A stretch of DNA of 20,000 bases from Chiloscyllium plagiosum (lineage: Eukaryota). The position numbers and the translations under genes are program-made. Below the pieces are notes generated by a model that was not told the DNA's origin, searched no databases, and worked only from the letters and a program-made list of their open reading frames with translations. Numbering within the stretch: the first letter of the stretch is position 1; every line of letters begins with the position of its first letter. This document shows, piece by piece, positions 9,947 through 20,000 of this stretch. The stretch covers positions 2,529,888-2,549,887 of the forward strand of contig NC_057719.1 of the NCBI RefSeq assembly GCF_004010195.1, in the 5' to 3' direction.

Positions 9947-10155
9947 CTGTGCTGGTTTCCACGTTATCGGGTAGATGGCAGTGTTGTAAATGCACTGGAA
10001 CAGCTTGGCTAGGAGAGCGGCAAGTTCTGGAGTATGCATCTTTAGTACTATTGCTGGAATGGTATCAGGTCCCATCGCCTTTGCAGTATCTAGTGCCTCC
10101 AACTGGTCCTCGATATCAAGTGAATTGAACTGGGGAAGACTGGTATCAATGGTTT

Positions 10156-11547
10156 GGAAAACTGTCAATATAACATTTTCATTTAAAAAGAGGGAAGTGC
10201 AGGTAACCATAGACTGATAATTTAACATTTGTTAGTGGGAAAATGTTAGAATCTATTATAAAAGATGTAATCGCAGAGCATTTAGATATGGATCAAGCAG
10301 AGAGATATGATCAAACACAATCACCATAATTTTAAGAAGGGGAAATCACACCCGAAAAGTTTCTGAGAAATCTTTGAAGAAGTAACAAGAAAAATAGATA
10401 AATGTGATGCAGCGAATTCAGAAGGTGTTCGATTATGTTACCACATATCAGACAACTTAATAAAGATGAGTCCGTGGTGTTGAAGGTAGTATATTGGCAT
10501 GGAGAGAGGATTGGCAAACTAGTGGAAGACAGAGAGTTGGGATAAAGAGGAGCATTTCAAGATGGCGATCTGTAACTAGTGGAGTGCCACAGGGATTAGT
10601 GCTGGGGCCACATTTATCGAGAATATGCATTAATAACTTGGATGAGCAAAGTGAATGTACTGTAGCTAAGTTTGCACATGACACAAAAATAGATTGGAAG
10701 GCAAGATGTGAGGATGATACAAAGGATGTGCAGAGGAAAATTTGACAGGTTAAGAGGATGGGAAAAAAAACTTAGCAGATGGAATATAAAATGGAAAAAT
10801 GTGAGGCAATTTGTTTTCGCAGGATGAATAGAGTAGCTGAATATGATTCAAATGGAGAAGGACTGCAGAAAGCTGCAGAAGAGAGCGATTTTGGAGTTTC
10901 TGTCCATGAATCACAAAAAGCTAGCATCCAACTTCAGCAGGTCATAGGGAAGGCCAATGGAACATCGGCCTTTATTCAAAGGGAATGGAATATTAAAATG
11001 TGAAGATTTTACTAATATCATACAAAGTACTAAATAGACCATGGCTGGAATAATGTGAACAATTTTAGGCCCCTTATCTCAGGAAAGATGCACTGGCATT
11101 GGAGTCAGTTCAGGGGAGAGTCACTCATCTAATACTCGGTATGGAAGGACTCTTCTTGTGAGGAAAGGTTAAGTAGATTGAGCTTGTACTCATTGGAGTT
11201 TAGAAGACTGAGGCCCACCTTATTGAATCACAAAAGATTCTTTGGGACTTGACAAGGCAGATGTGGGATGCTGTTTCCCCTTGAGGGAGAGTCCAGAACC
11301 ACAGGACATCACCTCAGTGTAGGAGATGAAGAGGAATTTCTTCTCTCAGAGGGGAGTGAACGTGTGGAATTCTTTCCCACAGAGGGCTGCCGAGGTTGGA
11401 TCATTCAGTATATTCAAGGCTGACAGAGACAGAGTTTGATTCAGAAACGGAATCAAGGGTTCTGGAGAAAAAGCAGGAAAGTGGAGTTGAATGATGGATT
11501 AACGGGCTCATTGGCCTCGTTCAGCGCCTGTGTTTGATGATCTTATG
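10156..11547 (+). mobile_element. Older, heavily decayed CR1 LINE (RT through 3' tail)
   Basis: GKMLESIIKDVIAEHL, RQRVGIK...VTSGVPQGLVLGP, KFAHDTKI, KCEAICF, QQVIGKANG. The 3' end is ggctcattggcctcgttcagcgcctgtgtttgatgatcttatg. Confidence 0.9.
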
Positions 11548-11661
11548 GACTGCAGCGGTTCAAGAAGGCAGCTCACTACCACCTTCTCAAGGGCACGTAG
11601 GGACAGGAAATGAATGTTGGCCCAGCCAGTGACACACACGTCATACAAGTGAATAAAAATA
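11546..11661 (+). mobile_element. 3' end of a CR1-like LINE (probably the second family)
   Basis: GLQRFKKAAHYHLLKGT* followed by a UTR ending gtgaataaaaataa. Similar to 6676-6748. Confidence 0.8.
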
Positions 11662-11693
11662 ATGAAAGGGCTCAGAATGTACCTGAGAGGTAG

Positions 11694-11752
11694 CAGATTC
11701 TGGATTGGGGTGCTGGAAGAGCTCAGCAGTTCAGGCAGCATCCGAGGAGCAG
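11694..11752 (-). mobile_element. Short Penelope-like terminal-repeat fragment
   Basis: cagattctggatt..ggtgctggaagagctcagcagttcaggcagcatccgaggagcag is nearly the reverse complement of 12392-12436 and matches 12022-12034. Confidence 0.8.
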
Positions 11753-12238
11753 CAGAAGCAACCTGCTCAAGGGTGTACGAGAAAAGGCACAGAGACAGTT
11801 CTTTTTGAAGAGGTGGGTTAGTGTCAGCTTTGAACAGCAGACAATTATGGCAAAATGGGGATGACACAATCAGTGGACAAAGGTGGTCAATGTTTGGGAT
11901 GGAATGAGATCATGGGATCATCAGGATTGGAGCTAAGATTAATGAGGATTTGCAAACCCGGGAGTAATTAACAGGATGGGGTTAAAATCAACTAGGTAAA
12001 AACAATGCAGATGCTGGAAACCAGATTCTGGATTAGAGTGGTCCCGATGCAGTCTCCTCTACATTGGGGAGACTGGACACCTCCTAGCAGAGTGCTTTGG
12101 GGAACATCTCCGGGACCCCGCTGCCCTGTGGCCCAACATTCCAACTCCCCCTCCCACTCAGCCGAGGACATGGAGGTCCTGGGCCTCCTTCACCGCCGCT
12201 CCCTCAACACCCGACGCCTGGAGGAAGAACGCCTCATC

Positions 12239-12263
12239 NNNNNNNNNNNNNNNNNNNNNNNNN
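12239..12263. other. Assembly gap (25 N)
   Basis: Run of n in the sequence. Confidence 1.
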
Positions 12264-12352
12264 CCCCACTCACCTATTGTACTCTATGCTACTTTCTCCA
12301 CACCCCCACCCCCATCTCATTTATCTCTCCACTCTGCAGGCAATCTGCCTCT

Positions 12353-12388
12353 ATTCCTGATGAAGTGCTTTTGCCCGAAACGTCAATT
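12353..12388 (+). ncRNA. Minimal type I hammerhead ribozyme motif in the PLE terminal repeat (partly decayed)
   Basis: ATTC-CTGATGA-A-GTGC-TTTT-GCCC-GAAA-CGTC-AATT. The CUGAUGA and GAAA cores are intact, stem III is the palindrome ACGT, and there is a GUC cleavage triplet. Stem II has one mismatch and stem I is weak. Confidence 0.65.
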
Positions 12389-12497
12389 TTCCTGCTCCTC
12401 GGATGCTGCCTGAACTGCTGTGCTCTTCCAGCACCACTCTACTCCAGGATGGGGTTAAAACCAGAATTCACACAAGGTTAAAAAGAAAGTAGGGAAG

Positions 12498-13190
12498 TGT
12501 TACAACATGGGGTAAACCCTCCTGCTCAATTTAAAACCAGCAACACAGAAAAGATTTATCCCGTGCAGTAATCTGTAAACATTCGAGTGGCCAAGAACTG
12601 TTTAAAGTAAAAATTAACAACTTTAATTCTTAAAGTATAATAGAGAATAGTTAACTCACAATTACTTACAGGTCCTTAATCTAACCTATATTTACCTTCC
12701 CTTCTATAATACTAGTCCGATAAAATTCCCAGTTAAGATTTACAGGAAAATTCAAATTTCAAAACCAGCCAGCAGTCGAATCTTCTCTTTATCTTCTTCG
12801 GTAGATTGGCTCTCCAGGTCTGTGTTGAGGTTTTTCTCGGTGCAAACTCCTTTTTGAGACAGGTACCTCTCAGAGAGTTCAGACCAGCAGTCTACAACTG
12901 TTGGTCTGGTGGTGGTTCTCCTCCCAACTGTTCAATTTTCCCTGGTCGTATATGCCAAAGCATCGGATTGTGTCATTCGCTTTTAAGATTGGCAATATAC
13001 TCAATTCAAACTTGATTGGAATTGAGTATTTTTCGGGGTATAATTTAAACTGATTGGCCTAATTCAAATCTGTTTTGTCATTTCCAGGCCAGCAGCAACC
13101 CCAGTAGCTGGAGCACGTTACATTGTGTTTATTGAGAACACTTGGTGCTGTCACTGCTAGCTTTTACTCTACACCCACATCTTCATAACA
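12498..13190 (-). repeat. 3' LTR of element B (693 bp)
   Basis: tgttac...ataaca termini, immediately adjacent to the polypurine tract. No visible similarity to LTR A beyond the termini. Confidence 0.88.
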
Positions 13191-13204
13191 CCCCCCCCCC
13201 CCCC
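13191..13204 (-). promoter_or_regulatory. Polypurine tract of element B
   Basis: C14 on the + strand equals G14 immediately before TGTTAT on the minus strand. Confidence 0.85.
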
Positions 13205-13377
13205 GTAAGAAAAAATGAACCATCATAATAAAAAGAGGGCTTCATCTTTTCTCTACTTTTTAAAAACATTACCCTAACATACTGATAACTTTAATATAAG
13301 TTCACCTTAACGTCTTCACATGTACCTGTAAATACATAACATGAAATAAAGACAAATTTCATCTAAACTTTATCAGT

Positions 13378-14692
13378 TAAATTTGTGATAACACATCTGC
13401 GATTACATTCTTACAACCCACAACACGTACAATTTTTAAATTAAAAGTTTGTAACATAAGACTCCAATGAAATAGACTCATTCTTGTCTTTAAAGCGTTC
13501 TAAGAAAGCAGATTGTGATCTGTGTACGCAACAGTCTCTGACACATTGTTGGTGACATGCCCATTAAAATGCTGTAAGGCCAGGACCGAACGCAGTTGTT
13601 CCTTTTCGATGGTGGAGTATTTTCTCTGGGGGATGTTGACCTTTGAAAAGTAACCAACTGACATTTCAGTCCCATCCTCACTTTCCTGCAGGAGGACAGC
13701 TCCAACTCCACTGTCACTGGTATTGATGGCGACTTTAAAAGGTTTTGAAAAGTTTGGTGTAGCTAAAACTGGTTTGGTGGTTAATATCAATTTCAAATGG
13801 TCGAATGCCTCCTGGCATTGTTCTGTCCACAGAAACGTTGTGTTCTTCTTCAGCAAATCGGTTAACGGTGCCACTACACTGCTGACATTTGGAACAAACT
13901 TCCGATAGAATCCGCTGAGTCCTAAGAATCGAAGCCGCTCTTTCTTCGAGGTTGGTCATGGAAATTCCTCGATGGCTTTCGTCTTTGCGTTCAACCTTCC
14001 ATTTCCCAAGAACGTCACCCCTGCTTTTGCGAATTCAGTTTTGTTTATCACTAGTTTTGCTTCTCGTAGTCGTTCAAAGAGGCTCTGCCAACTGTACCAT
14101 GTGATCTTTCCAGGACTTACTAAAGATCACTGCATCGTCCAAACAGACTGCACAGTTTGTTAACCCAGACACAATTCTGTACATGAGTCTTTAGAATGTG
14201 GTGGATGTGTGTTCTTCACTCCAAAGGGCATCGCTTTAAACTGATAGAGTCCATTTGGGATTACAAACGCAGACATTTCTTTCACTGCCTCTGATAAAGG
14301 TACCTGCCAGTAACCAAGCACTAAGTCCAACTTGGTGATGTAACTGGCTTGCCCGACTTTCTCAATACAGTCCTCCAATCTAGAAACTAGATATGGGTCT
14401 GATTTTGTAATGGTGTTGACCTTCAATAATCCACGCAAAATCGCTGAGTCCCATCCGGTTTGGGCACTAAGACGATCAGTGAACTCCACGCGCTCTGGCT
14501 CGGTTTGATGATGTCCTTGTTGAGCATGGCCTCCACCTCCATCTGGACCTGTCTGCATTTGAGAGGATTAAGCTGATAGGGGTGTTGTTTTATTGGAGCA
14601 GTATTCTCTACGGCTACTTCTTGTGCAATAGCATTAGTCCTCCCCATCTGATTCTTACATATGTCCTTATACTGCAGTGACAAATCTTTCAA
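13378..14692 (-). pseudogene. pol: Element B reverse transcriptase and RNase H
   Basis: PIKQHPYQLNP, VLVPKPDGTQRFCVDY, KLDLVLGYWQVPL, MPFGVKN, VCLDDAV (YxDD mutated), APLTDLLKK, NTSDSGVGAVL, YSTIEKE, YTDHN, NVIADVLSQI*. Confidence 0.93.
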
Positions 14693-15075
14693 CTACGTTC
14701 TATGCTCCCGAGACAGACAGCTTACTAACCTATCCCACCCCTCAAGGACTTCTTCATTTTTTAATCTATTTTGAGGCACATCAATATCTACATCCTCTGG
14801 ATTTGATTCCTCATTCTGCGGGATAGTAACTAACACCTGTATCTCCAGTTCTTTCTCTATAGTATAATACGGTTTCAACATGTTCACATGGCATACCCGA
14901 TACCTTTTTTCCTATCTGGCATCTTTACTGGATAGTTCACTTCACTCAACTTTTTCTCAATTTGATAGGGACCACTAAACCTGACTTTGAAGGGATCTCC
15001 TATCACTGGTAACAGGACTAACATGTCACCCCCTTGGGAAAACGTCTGAGTCTCAGAGCTGTCATCTTTTATTTT

Positions 15076-16332
15076 CAGATAGTCAACATGGGTTTGTCAA
15101 GGGCAGGTTGTTTCTCACAAACCTCATAGAGTTTTTTTAGAAGGTGACCAAGCATGTAGATGAGGATCGGGCAGTTGACGTGGTATACATGGACTTCAGC
15201 TAAGGTTCCACATCTGTTGGATAAAATGCAGAGGCATGGAATTGAGGGTGATTTAGTAGTTTGGATTCAAAACTGGCGTTCTGAAAGAAGGCAGTGAGTG
15301 GTGGTTGATGGAAAATATTCAGCCTGGAGTCCAGTTACTAGTGGTGTGCCACAAGGATCTGTTTTGGGACCACTGCTGTTTGTCATTTTTATGAATGACT
15401 TAGATGCAGGCATAGATGGGTGGGTTAGTAAATTTGCAGATGACACTAAAGTCGGTGGAGTAGTGGACAGTTTGGAAGAATGCTACAGGTTGCAGGGGGA
15501 CTTGGATAAACTGCAGAATTGGGCTGAGAGGTGGCAAATGGAGTTCAATGCAGCTAAATGTGAGGTGATGCACTTTGGGAAGAATAACAGGAAGGCAGAC
15601 TACTGTGTCAATGGAAAAATTCTTGGTAGTGTGGATGTGCAGAGGGATCTTGGAGTCCATGTGCATAGATCCCTGAAAGTTGCCACCCAGGTGGATAGTG
15701 CTGTTAAGAAGGCATATGGTGTGTTAGGTTTCATTGGTAGAGGGATTGAGTCCCGGAGCCGCAATATTATGCTGCAACTATACAAAAGCTAGTGAGGCCA
15801 TACTTGGAATATTGTGTTCTGGTCCCCATATTTCGGGAAGGATGTGGAAATATTGGAAAAGGTGCAGAGGAGATTTACCAGGATGTTACCTGGTCAGGAG
15901 GGAAGGTCTTATGAGGAAAGGCTGAGAGACTTGAACCTGTTCTCATTGAAAAGAAGAAGGCTAAGAGAGGATTTGATCGAGACATACAAGATGATCAGAG
16001 GATTAGATAGGGTAGACAGTGAGAGTCTTTTTCCTAGGATGATGATATCAGCGTGAACAAAGGGGCTTAACTACAAATTGAGGGGTGATAGATTTAAGAC
16101 AGATGCCAGAGGCAGGTTCTTTACTCAGAGAGTGGTAAGGGTGTGGAACGCCCTACCTGCTAATGTAGTCAACTCAGCCACATTAGGGAGATTTAAACAA
16201 TCCTTAGATAAGCACATGGATGATGATGGGATAGTGTCGGGGGACGAGCTTAGAATAGTTCACAGGTCGGCGCAACATCGAGGGCCGAAGGGCCTGTTCT
16301 GCGCTGTGTTGTTCTATGTTCGATGTTCTATG
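15076..16332 (+). mobile_element. CR1 LINE, 5'-truncated, with complete 3' stem-loop and tail, inserted in element B integrase
   Basis: [21 protein letters not shown]...KFADDTKVGG...WQMEFNAAKCEVMHFG...RFFTQRVVRVWNALP. Tail gggccgaagggcctgttctgcgctgtgttgttctatgttcgatgttctatg. Gypsy sequence is near-contiguous across the insertion. Confidence 0.96.
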
Positions 16333-17230
16333 CCACCTGCTTCATTCTATACTGTGCCCTCTTTAGGTGCTGTTTAGCTAACTTACCTACTCGGTTTAGT
16401 CTCTCCCTAACCTCGGATACATAATCTAAGTGTGAGATCTCCAACTTTGGTTCTGTCAATTTTTCTTTAATTTCATAGGGACTCTCACTTCATGTCCGAA
16501 TATTAACTCAAAAGGAATAGACTGAGTAGATTTGTTTGGAGTATCTCTAATAGTAAACAATATGAATGGGATACCTTTATCCCAGTCGTTTGGGTAATCC
16601 TGACAGTGTGCTCTCAACAAGGTCTTCACGGTCTGATGCCCCCTTTATAAAGCTCTCTCGGATTCAAGATAATGCACGCTGGATTTAAAGTGCTTTATAC
16701 CTAAGCTATCCATAACCTCCTTTAACAGCTCAGCAGTAAAGTTTGACCCTTGGTCTGACTGGATCTCTCTGGGTAGCCCATCCCATGTGAAGAAAGTTAC
16801 TAACTCCTCTACTACCCTTTTTGCCTTGATACTCCATAATGGAATTGCCTCCGGAAATCTGGTAGACACATCCATTATGGTTAGCAAATTCTGATTCCTA
16901 CTTTTAGTTCTTGCGAGGGGACCTCCACAATCAATTATAACCCTACCGCTTATGACTTACCTGCCATTTGGCATGTATGACACGTACAGCAAATGTTAAC
17001 CACATCCTGGTGCATTTGAGGCCAATCAAAATGTTTTTGTACCTTAGTCTGAGTCTTTTGTACCCCTAGGTGACCTCCTACAGGTAGTTCATGTGCTGCC
17101 TGCAACACATCCTGTCTGTATGCTACCGGCAACACAATCTGCTCCACTTTGGCCCATTTCTCCTCTGCACTAACTTGCCATGGTCTCCATTTCCATCTTA
17201 GGATTTTATCTTTCAGATAATAATCTTCAT
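16333..17230 (-). pseudogene. pol: Element B integrase (C-terminal GPY/F part continues at ~14860-15067)
   Basis: AHELPVGGHLGVQKT...CCTCHTC; LTIMDVSTRFPEAIPL; IQSDQGSNF; HYLESERAL. Confidence 0.93.
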
Positions 17231-17559
17231 GAATAGTCTCTGCCTCCTTTTCGGAGTACGCATCCACATATATCTTTTATAGTCTTGTCTTGTTGTTGCA
17301 AGTCTCTTAGCCTTTCAGGAGTAAACACTTCTCCCTGACCCTCTGTCTGTTCAGGTTGTTCCTGCACCATTGCATCAAACAGGGTGTCCGCTAACTGAAC
17401 CTCCATTCCTTCATCTTTCTCTTTACGTTTCACTTTGTGCTGTGACTTATGATAGTGGGATCTGATTGCAACACAGTCTGGGAAAATACCAGGATATTTC
17501 TGTTTTAACTCCTCAGTTTCTTGGTCTTCCTTGGGCTTCTCCACAGTAAGGGGTACCAC

Positions 17560-17860
17560 TCCCACCTTGGATCCTGCCAAATCATTCCCAAGAACAAACT
17601 GAATTCCTGGAACTGACACTCCGTCAGTCACTCCCACAGTAACTTCCCCAATCTGGAGTTGGCATTCTAACCTGATCTTACATGGGGATTGCGAAATTTC
17701 AGTCCATCTATCCCAAAATTACCACCCTCGGGTAACAGATCAGGCGGAGTGCATATTTGCTCATCCTTTACTATCAGTGACTGGTTAGATCCTATATCTC
17801 TCAAAATTCTAACTTCTTGTCCTTTTACCCCTGTTCTTTCTGAGTAAATTTTACCCACAG
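17560..17860 (-). pseudogene. pol: Element B aspartic protease
   Basis: VRILRDIGSNQSLI and IQFVLGNDLAG. Confidence 0.85.
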
Positions 17861-17971
17861 AGGCGAATTCTTTGTAGAGATCAGGTACTAACTCTATATC
17901 CAGCCCCTGCCTGGGCTGTGCACTCACCTGCAGCTCCTCAGCTCTTCTTGGGGTCTCCTTTACTACCTTCA

Positions 17972-18613
17972 CTAATGCCATCGGCTTAGCTTCTTTACCA
18001 CATCTTTTCCCATAGTGCTTTTCTTTAATGACCAGCTCTGTGACTTTACATGTCCCACCTTCTCACAGTGGGAACACCTTTTCCCAGTGCCCTTCTGAAA
18101 CCACCGGCACTGTAATTTTCTGTGTCCCACTCCATTACAGTGAAAATACCTGAGGCCTTTCACCTCCTTTCCACCCTCTTCAGCTTCTTTTTTAACCTGT
18201 GGTAAATTCTCACCTGTGTTCTCTACTCTTTCATAGTGTAGGATCTCCCCTTCTCCCAACTTCTATCCCTCACAAGATGAAATTCTGGCTGGAATCTTGC
18301 CTTATGCACCAACATGTATTCATCAGCTAATTCTGATGCCCTTCGCACTTCCTGAACTTTCTGTTCCTCCATGTGAATTCTTACCATCTCTGGAAGTGAG
18401 GTTTCAAACTTCTCCAGTAGAATAATCTCTCAGAGCCTCAAAGGTCCGATCTAATTTCAAAGCATGCACCCATCGATTAAAATGACAATGTTTAATTCTT
18501 TAGAACTCAACATAAGTCTGACCTGGTTCCTTCTTTGTGTTTCTGAACCGCTGTCTATATCCTTCTGGTACCAATTCATAAGCACTAAAATAGCCTGTTT
18601 AACCTCTTCATAC
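17972..18613 (-). pseudogene. gag: Element B gag C-terminal half (SCAN-like capsid region and two CCHC-like knuckles)
   Basis: YRQRFRN, EIILLEKFETSLPEMVRIHMEEQ, ELADEY; YFHCNGVGHRKLQC and CSHCEKVGHVKSQS. Confidence 0.85.
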
Positions 18614-20000
18614 AGGTGTCAGATCTCACGGTGGGAGAGCACTTTGGTGACAGTGATCACAACTGCCTCACATTTAGCATAGCCTTGGAAAGTGAAAGGA
18701 GCAATTACCGAGGGAAGATATTTAATTGGGGAAAAGGAAATTATGACGCTATCAGACAGGAGTTGGGAAATATAGACTGGGAGCAATTGTTCCACAGAAA
18801 GGGCACAGCAGACATGTGGAGACTATTTAAGGAGCAGTAATTGCGAGTGATGCACAAATTTGTTCCTTTGAGGCGGGTAAGAAGAGGTAAGATTAAGGAG
18901 CCTTGGATGACGAGAACAGAGGAACTTCTCGTCAAAAGGAAGAAAGCAGCTTATGTAAGGTGGAGGAAGCAAGGATCTAGCACAGCTTTAGAGGATTACA
19001 GGCTTGCTAGAAAGGAGCTCAGAAATGGACTGAGGAGAGCCAGGAGGGGGCACGAAAAAGGCTTAGAAAGAAGGATTAGGGAGAACCCAAAGGCGTTTTA
19101 CTCATATGTGAGGAATAAGAGAATGATCAGGGTAAAGGTAGAGCTGATCAGGGATAGCGGAGGGAACTTGTGCGTGGAGCCTGAGCAGATAGGGGAAACC
19201 CTAAATGAATTTTTTGCTTCAGTTTTCAGCAAGGAAAGGGAGCTTGTTATAAATGAAAACTTAGAGGAGCTGGGATACAGTTTTAACCAGATCAAGATGA
19301 ATGAGGTTGATGTGCTAGAAATTTTAGAAAACATTAAGATTGATAAGTCCCCAGGATTGGACCAGATTTATATAAGGCTGCTCCAGGAAGCGAGAAAGGA
19401 GGTTGCTAAGACGCTGGCGAGGATATTTACCTCCTCACTCTCCACAGGAGTCGAACCGGAGGATTGGAAGGAGGCGAATATTGTTCCTCTTTTCAAGAAG
19501 GGTAATAGGGAAATCCCTGGCAATTACAGACCAGTCAGTCTTACGTCTGTGGTCAGCAAAGTCTTGGAAAGAATTCCGAGGGAAAGAATTTATGACTATT
19601 TGGCAAAGCATAGTGTGATTAAAGGCAGTCGGCATGGCTTTGTGAGGGGCAAGTCATACCTCACAAATCTTATTGAGTTCTTTGAGGAGATGTTAAGACA
19701 GGTCGAGCAGTGGATGTGGTGTATATGGACTTCAGCAAGGCATTTGACAGGGTTCCCCATGGTAGGCTCATTCATGAAGTCAGGAAGTATGGGACACAGG
19801 GAGATTTGGCTATCGGGATTCAGAATTGGCTGGCTGACAGAAGGAAGAGAGTGGTTGTAGATGGAAAGTATTCTGCCTGGAGGACAGTGTTGAGTGGGGT
19901 CCTGCAGGGCTCTGTTCTTGGGCCTCTGCTCTTTATAGTTTTTATAAATGACTTGGATGAGGAGGTTGAGGGGTGGGTTAGTAAATTTGCAGATGACACT
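18614..20000 (+). mobile_element. CR1 LINE ORF2 from the end of the APE domain into RT (runs off the window)
   Basis: VGEHFGDSDHN, stop at 18838, then a 339-aa ORF with PWMT, NPKAFYSYV, KSPGLDQI, PEDWKEANIVPLFKKG, NYRPVSLTSVVSKVLE, HGFVRGKS. Frameshift at ~19707, then YMDFSKAFD and KFADDT at the window end. Confidence 0.96.

Larger units (their letters stand above)
7653..10152 (-). mobile_element. CR1-like LINE (second family) ORF2 RT to C-terminus, interrupted by a CR1 (7864-8652) and two PLE insertions
   Basis: [104 protein letters not shown]. Confidence 0.92.
11991..12444 (+). mobile_element. Penelope-like element 3' fragment (GIY-YIG endonuclease plus terminal repeat) with inverted 5' tail and 19-bp TSD
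   Basis: From 12045: RCSLLYIGETGHLLAECFGEHLRD, a frameshift, then PVAQHSNSPSHSAEDMEVLGLLH...RRLEEERLI. Flanked by caggatggggttaaaatca (11972-11990) and caggatggggttaaaacca (12445-12463). Confidence 0.9.
12498..18613 (-). mobile_element. Gmr1-like Ty3/Gypsy LTR retrotransposon B (gag C-half, PR, IN, RT, RH, PPT, 3' LTR), interrupted by a CR1 at ~15076-16332 and cut by a CR1 at 18614
   Basis: Minus-strand order: gag (YEEVKQAILSAYELVPEGYRQRFRN...EIILLEKFETSLP, two knuckles), PR (ILRDIGSNQS...VLGNDL), IN, RT, RH. Confidence 0.95.

Noticed and set aside
11662..11971. Host exon or very old CR1 3' UTR
   Set aside because: No splice or ORF support, and similarity to CR1 is too weak to call by eye.
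5591..13190. LTR A and LTR B as the paired LTRs of one element enclosing 6.4-12.5 kb of cargo
   Set aside because: The sequences are dissimilar. The PBS lies left of LTR A and the PPT right of LTR B, so both internal regions point outward.
18841..19860. 339-aa ORF as a functional or domesticated gene
   Set aside because: It is CR1 ORF2, bounded by a stop at 18838 and a frameshift at ~19707 before the catalytic RT motifs.

Overview
Vertebrate, repeat-saturated genomic DNA with no recognisable host gene. The repeat families point to a cartilaginous fish (shark); this is my inference. More than 90% of the window is nested, decayed retroelements. (1) Two different minus-strand Ty3/Gypsy LTR retrotransposons, both with the Gmr1-type order gag-PR-IN-RT(-RH). 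Element A (2489-6398) keeps its 5' LTR and PBS. Element B (12498-18613) keeps its 3' LTR and PPT. (2) Six CR1 LINE copies or fragments. (3) A second CR1-like LINE family with a permuted EN/3'-end arrangement. (4) Rex1/Babar and L2 remnants. (5) Five Penelope-like element (PLE) remnants: one with a GIY-YIG fragment, one forming a 79-bp-arm hairpin, and three carrying degenerate minimal hammerhead-ribozyme cores. All ORFs are broken by stops or frameshifts. I see no clearly new biological system. The most noteworthy signals are the PLE hammerhead/hairpin mini-insertions, the Gmr1-like elements with a SCAN-like gag region, and several structural rearrangements. Family names come from motif recognition, not database searches.
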